From a virus, in the IMG/VR virus record IMGVR_UViG_3300036780_000012, positions 1-64,000 of that record: a stretch of 64,000 nucleotides of DNA, one strand, 5' to 3'. Below the pieces are notes generated by a model. That model saw only the letters and a list, made by a program, of their open reading frames with translations, was not told the origin of the DNA and did no database searches. Positions 9,843 through 19,980 of the stretch are shown here, piece after piece. Made by a program: the position numbers and the translations under genes. The first letter of the stretch is position 1; every line of letters begins with the position of its first letter.

Positions 9843-10573
9843 AAGACAGGTCCAGTATCACCGCTGCCCGTAGATACCCCAGTATGTTGGTGGGTAAGGA
9901 ACGTCTTGCCATCTAACGTTCCAGAGTTATTAATGTTCCCATTTACTTGAAGATTTCCGTTCACTGTAATCGTGGTAGCTGTCATAGCAACTGCGCCAGG
10001 AGTAACCACTAACTGCGTAGTACCTGAATCCGGCGTCACCGTTATCTCGCCTGCGCCAACTTCTATGTATACCGTTCCGTCATCCTTGCGAATCTGTAAT
10101 GCAGTAGTCGAATATGCCGGAAGTACGCGCGGTTGCGACCATCCTGCGGGAAGGAAGTAAGCGTCCGATAGATCATGTCGACGGCGTTCTACTTGGTTCG
10201 GCATCGGTCCGCTAGAGGGAGCGCCTTGCTGCCACCATGCGTCGATACACATATCAGAGAATACGAGCAGTCCTTCGTCGCCCGCTTTTATTGGCAACGT
10301 AACCGAGAATCCTCCCCCTCTATAGCCACCTAGTACAACATCGCTCAGTACTGGCAAATTGACCTGAGCGATATTGGCGTTTTGCAGCATGTTCTCTTGG
10401 ATCGCTGGCTGCACGTTAACCGTCTGGTTGCTGTTGACGCTTACTACAATGCCGGGAATCGACACCCTTAAGTCGTGTCCAAACTGGTAGAGCATCTCCA
10501 TCATCACAGCGAGGCGAGGACCTAGTAACTGACCAAGGTTAAGGAAACTTCCGGGTTGTGCGTTAGCCCCCAT
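9839..10573 (-). CDS. Gp138-family membrane-puncturing spike (gpV-like)
   Basis: PIKAGDEGLLVFSDMCIDAWW, RRHDLSDA and apex HQHTGV. Confidence 0.9.
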   Translation of the reverse strand: MGANAQPGSFLNLGQLLGPRLAVMMEMLYQFGHDLRVSIPGIVVSVNSNQTVNVQPAIQENMLQNANIAQVNLPVLSDVVLGGYRGGGFSVTLPIKAGDEGLLVFSDMCIDAWWQQGAPSSGPMPNQVERRRHDLSDAYFLPAGWSQPRVLPAYSTTALQIRKDDGTVYIEVGAGEITVTPDSGTTQLVVTPGAVAMTATTITVNGNLQVNGNINNSGTLDGKTFLTHQHTGVSTGSGDTGPVL

Positions 10574-11570
10574 TTGCTAACTGTGCCCCTTGTCCCGCGA
10601 CCAACGCTGCCAATTGCGCACTCGCCAGATACCATCCAGTCACATCGGTATACCACTCTTGCCCGCGTGTATCGCCACTGTAACTCGCCCCAATCACTGC
10701 GTATGTTCCGTCTTTATTGAGTAAGCCGGGATACTGTCCTACCTGATACAGGAGTTGCTGAATCTGGGAGTTCTGTATATTGACGCACATGCAGGGTATC
10801 TTGACTTCCACGGTTGGGTCGAGAAGAAGTCGAATATCTACCCCTAACTGTGTTTGGCGCGGCGTTCCAATGATTCCGGTCGTAGGTGTATAGACAACGG
10901 CATTAGCCGTATCAATAGGAGTAGCCAGTGCAGCGGTACCGGATAGTCCGGTAAAATTCAATAGTCCTTTTTTCCCTAACCACCATTGCAGGTTGTTATC
11001 TCGCGCCGTCTCTGACAGGAATTTTCCGGGATTCCCAAACGCCGTCTTACTTCGCGGCAGACTTTTATTATTCAGAGTCTGTGTAATCTGCCCCACTCCA
11101 ATCGGATGGTAAGAGTTAGCCGCTATGTCAGCTACGATCTGTTGCTGCTGCACACCGGACGCCCAAGACTTGTTGATGTAATTGCTACTGACTGCTCCGA
11201 GCCAGTTAATGCAGTGTAGGGTAAGTTTGAAGTCAATCTGATTCTCGCGCTCCCAGACGGGTTGGAGTACAAACCCATCCCAGATCACCCCATACTTCCC
11301 ATTCAGGTATCCAGCGCTAAGAATTACTTCCATACCCTGCTGGACCTGATTGAATAACTGAGAAGTCGTAGCTTCATTCAGATTGTAGATGCTAATGTCT
11401 GCATACCACGGTGTTGACCACCAACTAGTATAAACATCGAACGTCAGACGCAACGCCTCGGGTTCCCATGCGGAGTCGGTTAGCGTATAGGCATTCCCGG
11501 CAGTCCCACCAGAAGGGATGATTTGCAGTTGATACTTGCGTCCAAACAGCGGATTAGATGCTGCGCTCAC
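10563..11570 (-). CDS. Baseplate hub protein
   Basis: ISIYNL, LSAGY...GVIWDG, TGIIGTP and GDTRGQEWY motifs. Confidence 0.85.
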   Translation of the reverse strand: MSAASNPLFGRKYQLQIIPSGGTAGNAYTLTDSAWEPEALRLTFDVYTSWWSTPWYADISIYNLNEATTSQLFNQVQQGMEVILSAGYLNGKYGVIWDGFVLQPVWERENQIDFKLTLHCINWLGAVSSNYINKSWASGVQQQQIVADIAANSYHPIGVGQITQTLNNKSLPRSKTAFGNPGKFLSETARDNNLQWWLGKKGLLNFTGLSGTAALATPIDTANAVVYTPTTGIIGTPRQTQLGVDIRLLLDPTVEVKIPCMCVNIQNSQIQQLLYQVGQYPGLLNKDGTYAVIGASYSGDTRGQEWYTDVTGWYLASAQLAALVAGQGAQLANGG

Positions 11571-11905
11571 GCCGCTAGCACCGTGTTATCTCCCCACACA
11601 AGATGGAAATCACTGCCAAGATCATTGTTATTCGGGTAATCAATATCCACGCCCGTCGTATTAATCAGGTAGATACTTCCAATCCCCAAATACTGATACT
11701 GTCGAAGCAGATTGAGTCCCGTCACTAGCGGTATCCCTTGTACTAGCAGATTCTGATTGGCATCCGAGATCGACATGATCCAATAGGCCGCTACTTCATT
11801 GAATGCCAGAATAACGAAGAACGTATACACCGCTCCGTTGATAGACACGGCCACGTTAAAGGTCTGACCCGGAGCGCTGTTGATCGGAATAACTTGCAGG
11901 CTCAT
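11567..11905 (-). CDS. Baseplate plug-like protein
   Basis: GIPLVTGLNLL.QY.YLGIG motif. Confidence 0.75.
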   Translation of the reverse strand: MSLQVIPINSAPGQTFNVAVSINGAVYTFFVILAFNEVAAYWIMSISDANQNLLVQGIPLVTGLNLLRQYQYLGIGSIYLINTTGVDIDYPNNNDLGSDFHLVWGDNTVLAA

Positions 11906-12612
11906 GGTTTGGGGATTGCGTCTACCCCATTCAGCGTACTAAATGAAGGTGGCTGAGTACTGAGGGTTCCCGTACTCGTAGTATTCGTAGCATTCGGGCG
12001 CGCACTGACTGTCTGCGAGCTAACGGTAGCAGAAATAATCTGTTCGAAATGCAGAGTTCCGTTAAAGCCTTGGCTGGTACGGAAGTCGTCGTGGCCGTTG
12101 ACTAAAGACAGCCACATGTTCTGGTAGGTCTTGAGTCTTGTGACTAGAGTTATCGGAGCTCGAGACGCTTGTATCTGCAGGAAGGCCTGAAACGCACTTA
12201 CGCTCTTGCTAGGAACCGAGGAGTACTGGCCCTGTATAAAACTCTGCATAGCGTTCGACATCTTCACCTGCAAAACTATGCGCGCCGGCAGCAGGTATAC
12301 ATGGTCGATGATTGCTGGCCCTACCTGCACAGGATGTCGTGTACCCACAGCTTCCTGCGTATGGTCCGCTAGCAATATGGCATCGAAATAGTAAGTAGTC
12401 GGGCTTCCGGTAGCGGCTTGAGTATTGGCTCCGGTTCCAGAAGCATCTGGCGTAGCTACTCCACCTACTGATCCCGAGCTAGTTACCGATGTAGCGGGTA
12501 ATCCAGGAAGCGTGCAAGTTAAGGAATACTGCTGAGGCTGGCCCCAGTTGGCTGGACGATAGGCTCCCGCTGCAAGAAACTCGTTAAGCGCAATTGCGCC
12601 GAGAGCACTCAA
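11902..12612 (-). CDS. Dit-like tail tube initiator
   Basis: T.HPVQ.G..IIDH...P and TRLKTYQNM motifs; follows tape measure. Confidence 0.75.
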   Translation of the reverse strand: MSALGAIALNEFLAAGAYRPANWGQPQQYSLTCTLPGLPATSVTSSGSVGGVATPDASGTGANTQAATGSPTTYYFDAILLADHTQEAVGTRHPVQVGPAIIDHVYLLPARIVLQVKMSNAMQSFIQGQYSSVPSKSVSAFQAFLQIQASRAPITLVTRLKTYQNMWLSLVNGHDDFRTSQGFNGTLHFEQIISATVSSQTVSARPNATNTTSTGTLSTQPPSFSTLNGVDAIPKP

Positions 12613-14066
12613 GCGTAAGATCCTTGAACGGCTGCAAAGTAGCGCGAAGCTTCTTTTACCGCTGCCTCGTCTATACCCTCTTGTACGGCCTTCTTGATCT
12701 GTTCCTGCGTGGCTCCGGGCTGAGTGATATGGATACCACCAACGTGGATTGTTGGGCTATATGACTGGCGCTTAAAATCAGGGTCCGTCAGGTAGTTGTA
12801 ATCCTTGCGCCATTTGCCGAGTACGTCCTTCTGATAAGCGTCAGCATCCGGTCCACTACCGTTATATTGCCGAGCCTTTTCCTCCCAAGTCGCACCGGGT
12901 TTATTCTTAAGCCAGTTCAATCCACCCCAAATATTCTGTAAAGGATCGTTAGGGTCCGTGATGATGCCTTGAGCCATTAACTGCTTGATCGTATCCGGCA
13001 TCAATTGGAACATGCCGATCTCGCCCTTCGATCCACGTTTCGCCCAAGGATTAATACCGGACTCTTTGTCGGCTATCGCCATAGCCAGTCCAGCAGGAAT
13101 GCCTAATTTTACGGCGTCTTTCAATATCTCTTCGTCATAGTTCACGCCAGATGGATCGCTTTTACTGTAATCCTGAGTCCGCTCATCTAACCCGAGATTG
13201 CCTATCCATGGAATCATGCGTTGTGTACGTGCGACAATCCCCCCGCCGCCCGGTCCTAAATCCTCAATACCATACCCACCCGGATGAGTCTTAAAGTACT
13301 CGCGAGTATAAGGCTCATGCCCGATGCCTACGCTATGCAGGAAACCTTCTAGCATCGAGGCTCCTGCCGAAACCTTATCAAAGGCCCAGACCGCTGCCTT
13401 ACCGATGTCACGCAACGCCGGTGCGATCACGTTCGATGCTACATCGGCGATATGAACGAATCCTTGCGGAGACTGGAACCAGGCATTAAATTCCTTCAGC
13501 CGTTGCTCCAAAGACTCAGACCCGCCAAACAGTTTATTCAGTACGTCCTCGGTAAGCGCTATACCGAACATCTGCAATTCTGGCCCCATTCGAGTGAACT
13601 CAAAGGCTACATCTCGCACGCGACGCATCGCTATTTCCATGTTGACGAAGCCGCCCATGTTCTGAATCATTCGGTCTTGATCTTCGACTAACGTCTTGTA
13701 GCGCTCTCGCAACTCAGGCGGACCGAAGATTACGTCCTGCAGAGATACACCTAAAGTATCCAGCGCAATCTGCATCTTGCGAGCCGACTCCGTACCCATG
13801 AACATACGTCGCGCAAGCATTTGATAACCGAGGTCCTGTTTTGCCAGATTACTCATCATCGAGATAGTGCCCGCTGTTACGCCTGCCGCGATTGCTGCGA
13901 AGGCTCCACTAACAGCTAAAAATCCCAACGTTACATCCTTGGCGAACTTCTCCGTCTTGACCGCAGTCAACTTAAGAGCATCCTCCCACCTGCGTTGACT
14001 CGGAGCGTCAACGGTGAAACCAAGCGAAACGAGATATTCTTTTATTGTGCTAGTTTTCCCGGCCAT
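12609..14066 (-). CDS. Tape measure protein with lytic transglycosylase (SLT) domain
   Basis: IKEYLVSLGF N-terminus; ESG...GEIGMFQLMP...YNG SLT motifs. Confidence 0.85.
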   Translation of the reverse strand: MAGKTSTIKEYLVSLGFTVDAPSQRRWEDALKLTAVKTEKFAKDVTLGFLAVSGAFAAIAAGVTAGTISMMSNLAKQDLGYQMLARRMFMGTESARKMQIALDTLGVSLQDVIFGPPELRERYKTLVEDQDRMIQNMGGFVNMEIAMRRVRDVAFEFTRMGPELQMFGIALTEDVLNKLFGGSESLEQRLKEFNAWFQSPQGFVHIADVASNVIAPALRDIGKAAVWAFDKVSAGASMLEGFLHSVGIGHEPYTREYFKTHPGGYGIEDLGPGGGGIVARTQRMIPWIGNLGLDERTQDYSKSDPSGVNYDEEILKDAVKLGIPAGLAMAIADKESGINPWAKRGSKGEIGMFQLMPDTIKQLMAQGIITDPNDPLQNIWGGLNWLKNKPGATWEEKARQYNGSGPDADAYQKDVLGKWRKDYNYLTDPDFKRQSYSPTIHVGGIHITQPGATQEQIKKAVQEGIDEAAVKEASRYFAAVQGSYA

Positions 14067-14250
14067 GATTCAGTTCGTCTATGAGAAGATTTATTTCCAC
14101 TAACTGCTCGAAACTATACGTACCATCGTCTACTTCGCAGTGACGCCAGTAGTTTGCGACGACTGGCCGGAAGAGGTAGGGATCGATTCCGGGGTGCTCA
14201 AGTCCGGGAAGACTACGAGCAGAGTCTTCAGCGCCCCCGGAGCGAAAAAA
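14050..14250 (-). other. Programmed -1 frameshift extension of the tail chaperone (GT)
   Basis: T TTT TTC at 14250-14244; the -1 frame reads ...IDPYLFRPVVANYWRHCEVDDGTYSFEQLVEINLLIDE..., stop TAG at 14052-14050. Confidence 0.8.
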
Positions 14251-14630
14251 CAGTAGAGGTTGAAAACAAGCCCCGAGATAGTCAGGGCGGTGAGTGTTAC
14301 TAGGTCTAACTCTGGAGGAATGAACCGTCCGTCCGCCATTTGCAGCGGCATCGGAACGCGCTGCCCGGCATTATCTTCGTAGCGCTTAATGACATTCAGG
14401 CACTTAGTCTGAATGCGGTTGAATGTTTCCTCGGGAAGTTGCGAGAGGATCGCCGCAAGAGATATTCCTAAATCTTTCTCGCTTATCGGCTTCGCATCTC
14501 CGGTTTCCAACTGCACCAACAGGCCGCGCATATTGAATTGCGCTGCAATCCAACTTCCGTCGCGGGGAGAGAAAGAACCTATCTGATACGTAGTATTTTC
14601 AATAACTACGTCTTTTGTGCGTGGCGTCAC
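14130..14630 (-). CDS. Tail assembly chaperone (G)
   Basis: Lies between tail tube and tape measure genes; contains slippery site. Confidence 0.8.
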   Translation of the reverse strand: MTPRTKDVVIENTTYQIGSFSPRDGSWIAAQFNMRGLLVQLETGDAKPISEKDLGISLAAILSQLPEETFNRIQTKCLNVIKRYEDNAGQRVPMPLQMADGRFIPPELDLVTLTALTISGLVFNLYCFFAPGALKTLLVVFPDLSTPESIPTSSGQSSQTTGVTAK

Positions 14631-14646
14631 AATAAGACCTCTTTCC

Positions 14647-15111
14647 TTAAACAGTAATGTTCGCGATATTGCAAGCCATGAGAACCCACGTCAGTTTTCC
14701 ACCTTGCGCGGCATAGGTCTTGTCGGGGATCTTCTCGAAGCTAACGCCCGTCAGGAGATGCTGACTTTGGTCAACAGTATTCCGTAAGCTCAGACTACTG
14801 GCTGCCCAATTAGTAACGTCTCCACCGTCCGCCGCAATCTTCAGCAGGTTATACAGAGCGAGTAATGCTGCGTGTAACGAACTATTCTGCTGCATCTGAA
14901 TCGAGACCGCGCCATTGTCTCCAGCGATGTAGCTAGGCATGACGGTAGAATCCGCCGCTACATCATGCGTCGTACGCACTGTATGCATGGATACAACGAA
15001 CTCCCCCATACCGATCTCCCCGGCAAACACGATAGGCGCATCGAAGAGAACCGGGTTAGTCATGGATCCCGATGTGTCTTTGAAAGAATACGTGGTAGAC
15101 TGAGCCGACAT
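14647..15111 (-). CDS. Tail tube protein (DUF3277-like)
   Basis: TYSFKD...VAAD...QQNS motifs; follows sheath. Confidence 0.85.
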   Translation of the reverse strand: MSAQSTTYSFKDTSGSMTNPVLFDAPIVFAGEIGMGEFVVSMHTVRTTHDVAADSTVMPSYIAGDNGAVSIQMQQNSSLHAALLALYNLLKIAADGGDVTNWAASSLSLRNTVDQSQHLLTGVSFEKIPDKTYAAQGGKLTWVLMACNIANITV

Positions 15112-15122
15112 TTAAGTTCTCC

Positions 15123-16529
15123 TTAGAGATTGACGATTACACCGATCACTACCGACTGCACAGCTCCCGCTTCATTGATCACGGTATAAATCGGTTGCGC
15201 CTTCCGAGCGGCTTTATCAGCTTTCGATTGCTGAGAGTAAGGATAGGCTTGACTCAGGAATCCAGCAGGTAGCGGGTCTCCGGGACTGAGCGACAGCACA
15301 TCATTTACACCTTGATACGTTCCGGGAGCCAAATATCCGGTATTGACCGCCGCTTGACATGCCCCATTTACTGCATGGATCAACTGCGTCTCACCCGGAT
15401 CGGTCTGCGGTACGGACGGCGAAGCGATCAGCAGATTCATTATTGAGTACTGAATAGCCGCTGCCAGAATCGCTCGATTGAGTACTGGGTCGATAAACAG
15501 ACCGCTCGGAGTAATGCCGGGAGTCACTAGCGTGTAGGTATTCGCATAACCAACGTAAACGTTACAATTGTTTCCGGTAATCGTATTGACTTGCGCTTGC
15601 GAGAGCGGTTCGGGACTGACGCCGATTAGAGTCTTGCCCCACTCCGTGAAGTAACTGTTCGGCAAGCCGGTGTTCTGACCGACGACGCTCCCCATCAAAG
15701 CCGCTGCACCATAGGCATTATTCGGAGCCACGCCGCTCTGGGTAGTCGAGTAGACTAAGGCGGTATTCGAATACTCATCACCTTTCAGCGTCAACGCCAG
15801 ATTGTTAGGCGCATTATTCAACACGGCGACGTCCGCCGTAGTATGGAAATAGAAAGTAGGAGGAGTAGCAGCTTGAACGTAAGGCGCAATCGCTTCTGCA
15901 TCTGCCGTTGTAGCATTGCAGCACATCACGCCCCAGAATACAGAAGATGCCGAGCGGCAGGCGATTAAGGCGACTAAATAGGTCTCACCGACCGCGGTGA
16001 TGTCTACTTCTAGACCTACCCCATCGCCAGTAGTCGTAGTCGCTAATCCAGTAGCCGTGGAGTACCCGGTACCGTCTGTTCCGGCAGGTGGCGTAAATAC
16101 GGCTAGCCCGGTAACGACTCCGCCACCACCTATTGTAGTAACTTCACATTGACCAAGCGTTGCCCCAGATTGGACTACTACAATTACGTCGCCTACTGCA
16201 TATCCTGTCCCTGCATTGCCCGAATGAGGAATCACGGTATTTAACGAAGTCAGGTCCTGGCGTCCTACCCAAACATAGTTAGGAGGCTCCGCTTGACCGA
16301 AGTACAGAACGGCAGCAATGTATTCTGGACTGGTAGTAGTAAACCCATCCGTCAGCATAGCCGCTAACGTTTGATACTGCCGGAGACGCTGATTAGTACC
16401 GTAGGAAGGAATCACGGCTGAGGGGCCAATGATTAGCCCTTGGTTGAACAAAGGTGGGGCACCTAGCGATGGTCCAGCAATCACAGTTACATCTACGATA
16501 GACTGCAGCGGCAGGGCGGGACTAGACAT
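15123..16529 (-). CDS. Tail sheath protein (DUF3383-like) with inserted GTGY-repeat domain
   Basis: PEYIAAVLYFGQ, KTLIGV.PE, VPQTD.G and EAGAVQSV motifs. Confidence 0.9.
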   Translation of the reverse strand: MSSPALPLQSIVDVTVIAGPSLGAPPLFNQGLIIGPSAVIPSYGTNQRLRQYQTLAAMLTDGFTTTSPEYIAAVLYFGQAEPPNYVWVGRQDLTSLNTVIPHSGNAGTGYAVGDVIVVVQSGATLGQCEVTTIGGGGVVTGLAVFTPPAGTDGTGYSTATGLATTTTGDGVGLEVDITAVGETYLVALIACRSASSVFWGVMCCNATTADAEAIAPYVQAATPPTFYFHTTADVAVLNNAPNNLALTLKGDEYSNTALVYSTTQSGVAPNNAYGAAALMGSVVGQNTGLPNSYFTEWGKTLIGVSPEPLSQAQVNTITGNNCNVYVGYANTYTLVTPGITPSGLFIDPVLNRAILAAAIQYSIMNLLIASPSVPQTDPGETQLIHAVNGACQAAVNTGYLAPGTYQGVNDVLSLSPGDPLPAGFLSQAYPYSQQSKADKAARKAQPIYTVINEAGAVQSVVIGVIVNL

Positions 16530-16530
16530 A

Positions 16531-17145
16531 TTAAGATTCCTCCACTACGATGTCGGCGACCGACTGCCCGCCGCTAGTACTGACGATTACCTCTGCGCTT
16601 ACCACCGACTGCGCTATCGCGACTTCCGTAACGAACTCGTTAAACCTTGCGCTGAAGTCTGTACGCTCCCACCATTGACCATCCCTCGACTCTGGGACTC
16701 TACGAGGTGCGGCAGGATTGGTAACTAAGTAAAGTTGACTGGCGGCGAAGATGTCATGCGTTGCTTGCGAGAACAGACTTGAACGTACCTGTCGCGCATG
16801 ATCGAAACTGTTTGGGCCGACGAACTCCCAGAATACTTCCCAAACACGAGTGTAGTTAGTCTGCTCATAATACGTAGTTACGGCTGCTTCGTCCTGTCCA
16901 ACCGTCTGCGAGTAATTCGACTTGTACTTCTCTCGGTTGTACTGATCGTCCACTTCGATCTCGCGAATGTAAACCACATCTTCATTGATCTCTTGAGCGG
17001 GTTGCCCCTGTTGCTGCCAACCAACTCGAACTTGCGAATACACCGGATCGGTTGGAGAAGTAGGAGCAGGTAGGCCAAGCATGGCGATAGTCACCTGCTG
17101 GATTACTGCATCCATCTGAACTGGGACTAGGGGGAAAGTGGCCAT
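16531..17145 (-). CDS. Neck/tail terminator protein
   Basis: VRVGWQ..GQP and WWERTD motifs; upstream of sheath. Confidence 0.7.
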   Translation of the reverse strand: MATFPLVPVQMDAVIQQVTIAMLGLPAPTSPTDPVYSQVRVGWQQQGQPAQEINEDVVYIREIEVDDQYNREKYKSNYSQTVGQDEAAVTTYYEQTNYTRVWEVFWEFVGPNSFDHARQVRSSLFSQATHDIFAASQLYLVTNPAAPRRVPESRDGQWWERTDFSARFNEFVTEVAIAQSVVSAEVIVSTSGGQSVADIVVEES

Positions 17146-17298
17146 TTAGTTCGGCTTCGCGAATACTCCTCTATCGCCAACCTGTCCCGCAATAGCGTTT
17201 GTCATAACAGGTTTCCCTGTTGGAATTTTGGTTAATTGTTTTTCTAATTCCTCGATTCGCTTTTTCAATCGAGTAATCTCGTCTTTTTCCGTATCCAT
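17146..17298 (-). CDS. Small coiled-coil hypothetical protein
   Basis: Start moved to MDTEK on SD evidence. Confidence 0.45.
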   Translation of the reverse strand: MDTEKDEITRLKKRIEELEKQLTKIPTGKPVMTNAIAGQVGDRGVFAKPN

Positions 17299-17342
17299 TC
17301 CCCTATGATCCTTCTTGTAGTGTTCAAGTGCAACTATTACTC

Positions 17343-17903
17343 TTATTCTTCGCCTAATACCCACGTCATCGCCTGCCTGAGCGCCGCCGTATCAATTAAC
17401 GGGCGACTCGAACCCTTGCGCCGTATCGTACTCGGAGCATTCGGAGCCCAATGATTCTTAGGATTCACAAACCACTGTTTAACCGCATTGCTAGCTACTA
17501 CGCCCGCGAGACTCAACTCTTTGACTACTTCGTCCGCCTTGCCGTCTAACGCGGCCTTCGCTGCCAACTCCAACTCGGGCAGAATCTTTTCTTGATTCTC
17601 CTTATCCTCAATCGCAGGCTCTATGATCGGACGAGCGGGAATACCGCGAATCGCACTGCCATGTGTATGTATATATGTGAGTTCGGCATTGTTAATCCCT
17701 GACTCCACTGCCATCTTCTCCGCACGCTTCCGCCGCTTCCCTTTCATCTTCATGGACAAGGCAAGCACTTGACGTTTACGTTCTAACGCATCTGTAGCGG
17801 GAATCCCTACGTACACTTGTTTTTTCTTGAGCGCATTCAGGCTAGCCGCCATTGCTTCCGGCGTGACTGAGGACTTACTCGTTACTGAGACGGTAGGGTT
17901 CAT
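17343..17903 (-). CDS. Tail completion/neck protein (HK97 gp10-like)
   Basis: VYVGIP, GIPARP and NAPSTIRRKGSSRPLIDT motifs. Confidence 0.85.
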   Translation of the reverse strand: MNPTVSVTSKSSVTPEAMAASLNALKKKQVYVGIPATDALERKRQVLALSMKMKGKRRKRAEKMAVESGINNAELTYIHTHGSAIRGIPARPIIEPAIEDKENQEKILPELELAAKAALDGKADEVVKELSLAGVVASNAVKQWFVNPKNHWAPNAPSTIRRKGSSRPLIDTAALRQAMTWVLGEE

Positions 17904-18094
17904 TTAGATTTGAATGCCAGATTCCGCGAGCAGTACTTAAAGCAACTATTCGTATGAAAGTGGGATTCCAGTTTCTTCGGGACCGTTACAGGAGAAGTAG
18001 CCGCAGCTTTTATCGCTACCCAAAGCGTCACGCCATTCTGCCCTACTGCTATAGCAGAACCGATCAAAGCGAGTACTAATCCAGCGGTTGCCAC
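17900..18094 (-). CDS. Small membrane protein
   Basis: Hydrophobic N-terminus; overlaps both neighbours. Confidence 0.45.
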   Translation of the reverse strand: MATAGLVLALIGSAIAVGQNGVTLWVAIKAAATSPVTVPKKLESHFHTNSCFKYCSRNLAFKSK

Positions 18095-18867
18095 TACTTC
18101 CAGGGACCGCCTGCATGGACGATTTTAAGATCGGTTTCCGCGTCATCCAGAACCGGAAGTACCATCCAGAAGAAACCAGCAAGGCCCCACTCAGTACCCC
18201 AACTATTCTGAATCAATGCTGCTGGAGGACAGTTCGCGGGACGCAGTGTAGGAGTCTCACCGATGTCGTAGCCCACTATCAGAACCTCGTGACCACCGAG
18301 TACATTTTCGCCGGGTTGAGGATTGTAGATTCCAGTACTCTCCACTTCGTCCGATTCAAACGAGGCATAGACAGTAAAGCCTACCTCTACGGGCCATGGC
18401 GTTGGATCGCCAAGAACGCTAATCGCTACTTGCGATCCGGCCAACCCATGATAGGCACCCATCTTGTACTGAACAGCATTCGCTGTCATCTCTGCCGTTG
18501 GCTGGATAATCTTCTGGCTGGAATCGGGATACAGCGAATCCTCACAAGTACCATCCGCGATTACTACAGTGGACCCCGTAGTGCCATCGGAACCGTTATC
18601 TTGCGGGAAGTCTCCATTGTCGATCAGTTCGTTCGCATAGACGAACAGCGGACTCAGGACAGGTTGCTGGTTTAAGTACCGACGGAATATCCACTCTAGC
18701 GCTTCCGAGAAGGCATGGCCGGTACAGGAACCCAAATTGCCTTGATTCTTTACTGGACCGCACCATTTACGCAAGTCTACAACCTGCAAGGGAGCAAGCA
18801 TTGTACGCGTCAGCATACGGTGCACGGGAAGCGGCGCGGGTATTTTGCGATTGAAAATATGGCTCAT
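18094..18867 (-). CDS. Papain-like cysteine peptidase (C1 family)
   Basis: QGNLGSCTGH, GGHEVLIVGY and QNSWG catalytic motifs; ATG 18867 coupled to the MuF stop (ATGA). Confidence 0.9.
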   Translation of the reverse strand: MSHIFNRKIPAPLPVHRMLTRTMLAPLQVVDLRKWCGPVKNQGNLGSCTGHAFSEALEWIFRRYLNQQPVLSPLFVYANELIDNGDFPQDNGSDGTTGSTVVIADGTCEDSLYPDSSQKIIQPTAEMTANAVQYKMGAYHGLAGSQVAISVLGDPTPWPVEVGFTVYASFESDEVESTGIYNPQPGENVLGGHEVLIVGYDIGETPTLRPANCPPAALIQNSWGTEWGLAGFFWMVLPVLDDAETDLKIVHAGGPWK

Positions 18868-19679
18868 GCTGCTGCAATCTCCTTGTATCGCGTTAATTGC
18901 CTGACTTGCGATAGCGTCATCTGCTGAATGCGACCAGCCCTGTATACTCTGTGCGGCCAAGTCAGATGTTCTAGGCGCACAACTGGAGCAGGCCCACATC
19001 TGCAATTCCAGATTCCACCAGCCTGGTAATGCCCCACAGGTTTCTCGCCTACTAATGTCTCGGGAGACGGCGGATCATCCCAGAAGATAAGTACGCTTTG
19101 CATCTTGCGGTGACTCCGTCGGACTCGCTCATCTTGACTTGTTTCCCACTCGTAAATTGGTAATCCTAAATTCTCGCTTCGCGCCTCGATCAACGCCGTA
19201 TTGCTCTTACTGATCTCTGTTCTCGCTAGCCGCATTGCGCTGGAGCGGACGAGTCGCGCTAAAGGCTCCCTCCCAGAAAGTTCCTTAGCACGTCCGCCCG
19301 CCGCTCCATGTGCCGCTGCCATCGCCGCCACCTGCGCAGCAACGCTCTTAGGTAAAGTCGTAATCAACTGCGCATTCTCTTGTATCAGTGAGCGCACCCG
19401 CTGCCCCACAGGGCCTTTTAGCTCCTTTTGCAGCGCTGAGTACATGAAACGGCTTCTGCCGCTCTGCGCCGCCGCCTCGCGCCAGGATCGCGCCTGCCCA
19501 AAATACAATCCCGTAATCATCCGAGTTGCGGCTTGCTGCGCATATCGGGTAAAGAATTCTGCACTGCCTATGATCTGAGTACCGAGAGCGTAACTCTCTT
19601 TAATCAGTTTGAACCATAACTGAGTGAGGTTCGAGGCATAGTCGTACTCCGCTCGGCGTCGAGGAGCCCAGTTAATCAT
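18864..19679 (-). CDS. Phage MuF/SPP1 gp7-like minor head protein
   Basis: RLARTE, YEWETSQDERVRRSH and WNCRC motifs. Confidence 0.9.
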   Translation of the reverse strand: MINWAPRRRAEYDYASNLTQLWFKLIKESYALGTQIIGSAEFFTRYAQQAATRMITGLYFGQARSWREAAAQSGRSRFMYSALQKELKGPVGQRVRSLIQENAQLITTLPKSVAAQVAAMAAAHGAAGGRAKELSGREPLARLVRSSAMRLARTEISKSNTALIEARSENLGLPIYEWETSQDERVRRSHRKMQSVLIFWDDPPSPETLVGEKPVGHYQAGGIWNCRCGPAPVVRLEHLTWPHRVYRAGRIQQMTLSQVRQLTRYKEIAAA

Positions 19680-19783
19680 AGGGGAAACATACTCGGCAGG
19701 CAGTAACTCATCCCGATTACAAAGAACACCGCCAACATCACGCCTACAAACACCGCTAGTACGATCAAGGCGAACTCTCTCAC
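19676..19783 (-). CDS. 35-aa single-TM peptide
   Basis: Hand translation MREFALIVLAVFVGVMLAVFFVIG...; GTGA and ATGA overlaps at the two ends. Confidence 0.55.
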   Translation of the reverse strand: MREFALIVLAVFVGVMLAVFFVIGMSYCLPSMFPL

Positions 19784-19980
19784 GCCATCAGTCCAGTAGG
19801 TAAGGGAATCTGAGTCACTATAACGCTAACCGCGAATAGCAATGTCTTGAGCGCACACTGCGGATTCTCGCAGTACCATCCGCTATCGTTATCGGTAAGC
19901 ATCCAACCGCAAGTACAGAACAGATTCAATTGTGCTTTAAATCCCGTACCAGAAGCGCAATGGACAATGTCTTGACTCAC
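19780..19980 (-). CDS. Small Cys-rich (zinc-ribbon-like) protein
   Basis: CTCG...YCENPQC. Confidence 0.5.
   Translation of the reverse strand: MSQDIVHCASGTGFKAQLNLFCTCGWMLTDNDSGWYCENPQCALKTLLFAVSVIVTQIPLPTGLMA

Noticed and set aside
18088-18675. Long plus-strand ORFs (also 27826-28314, 36768-37355, 63326-63781)
   Set aside because: Antisense shadows of well-supported minus-strand genes, with no recognisable motifs
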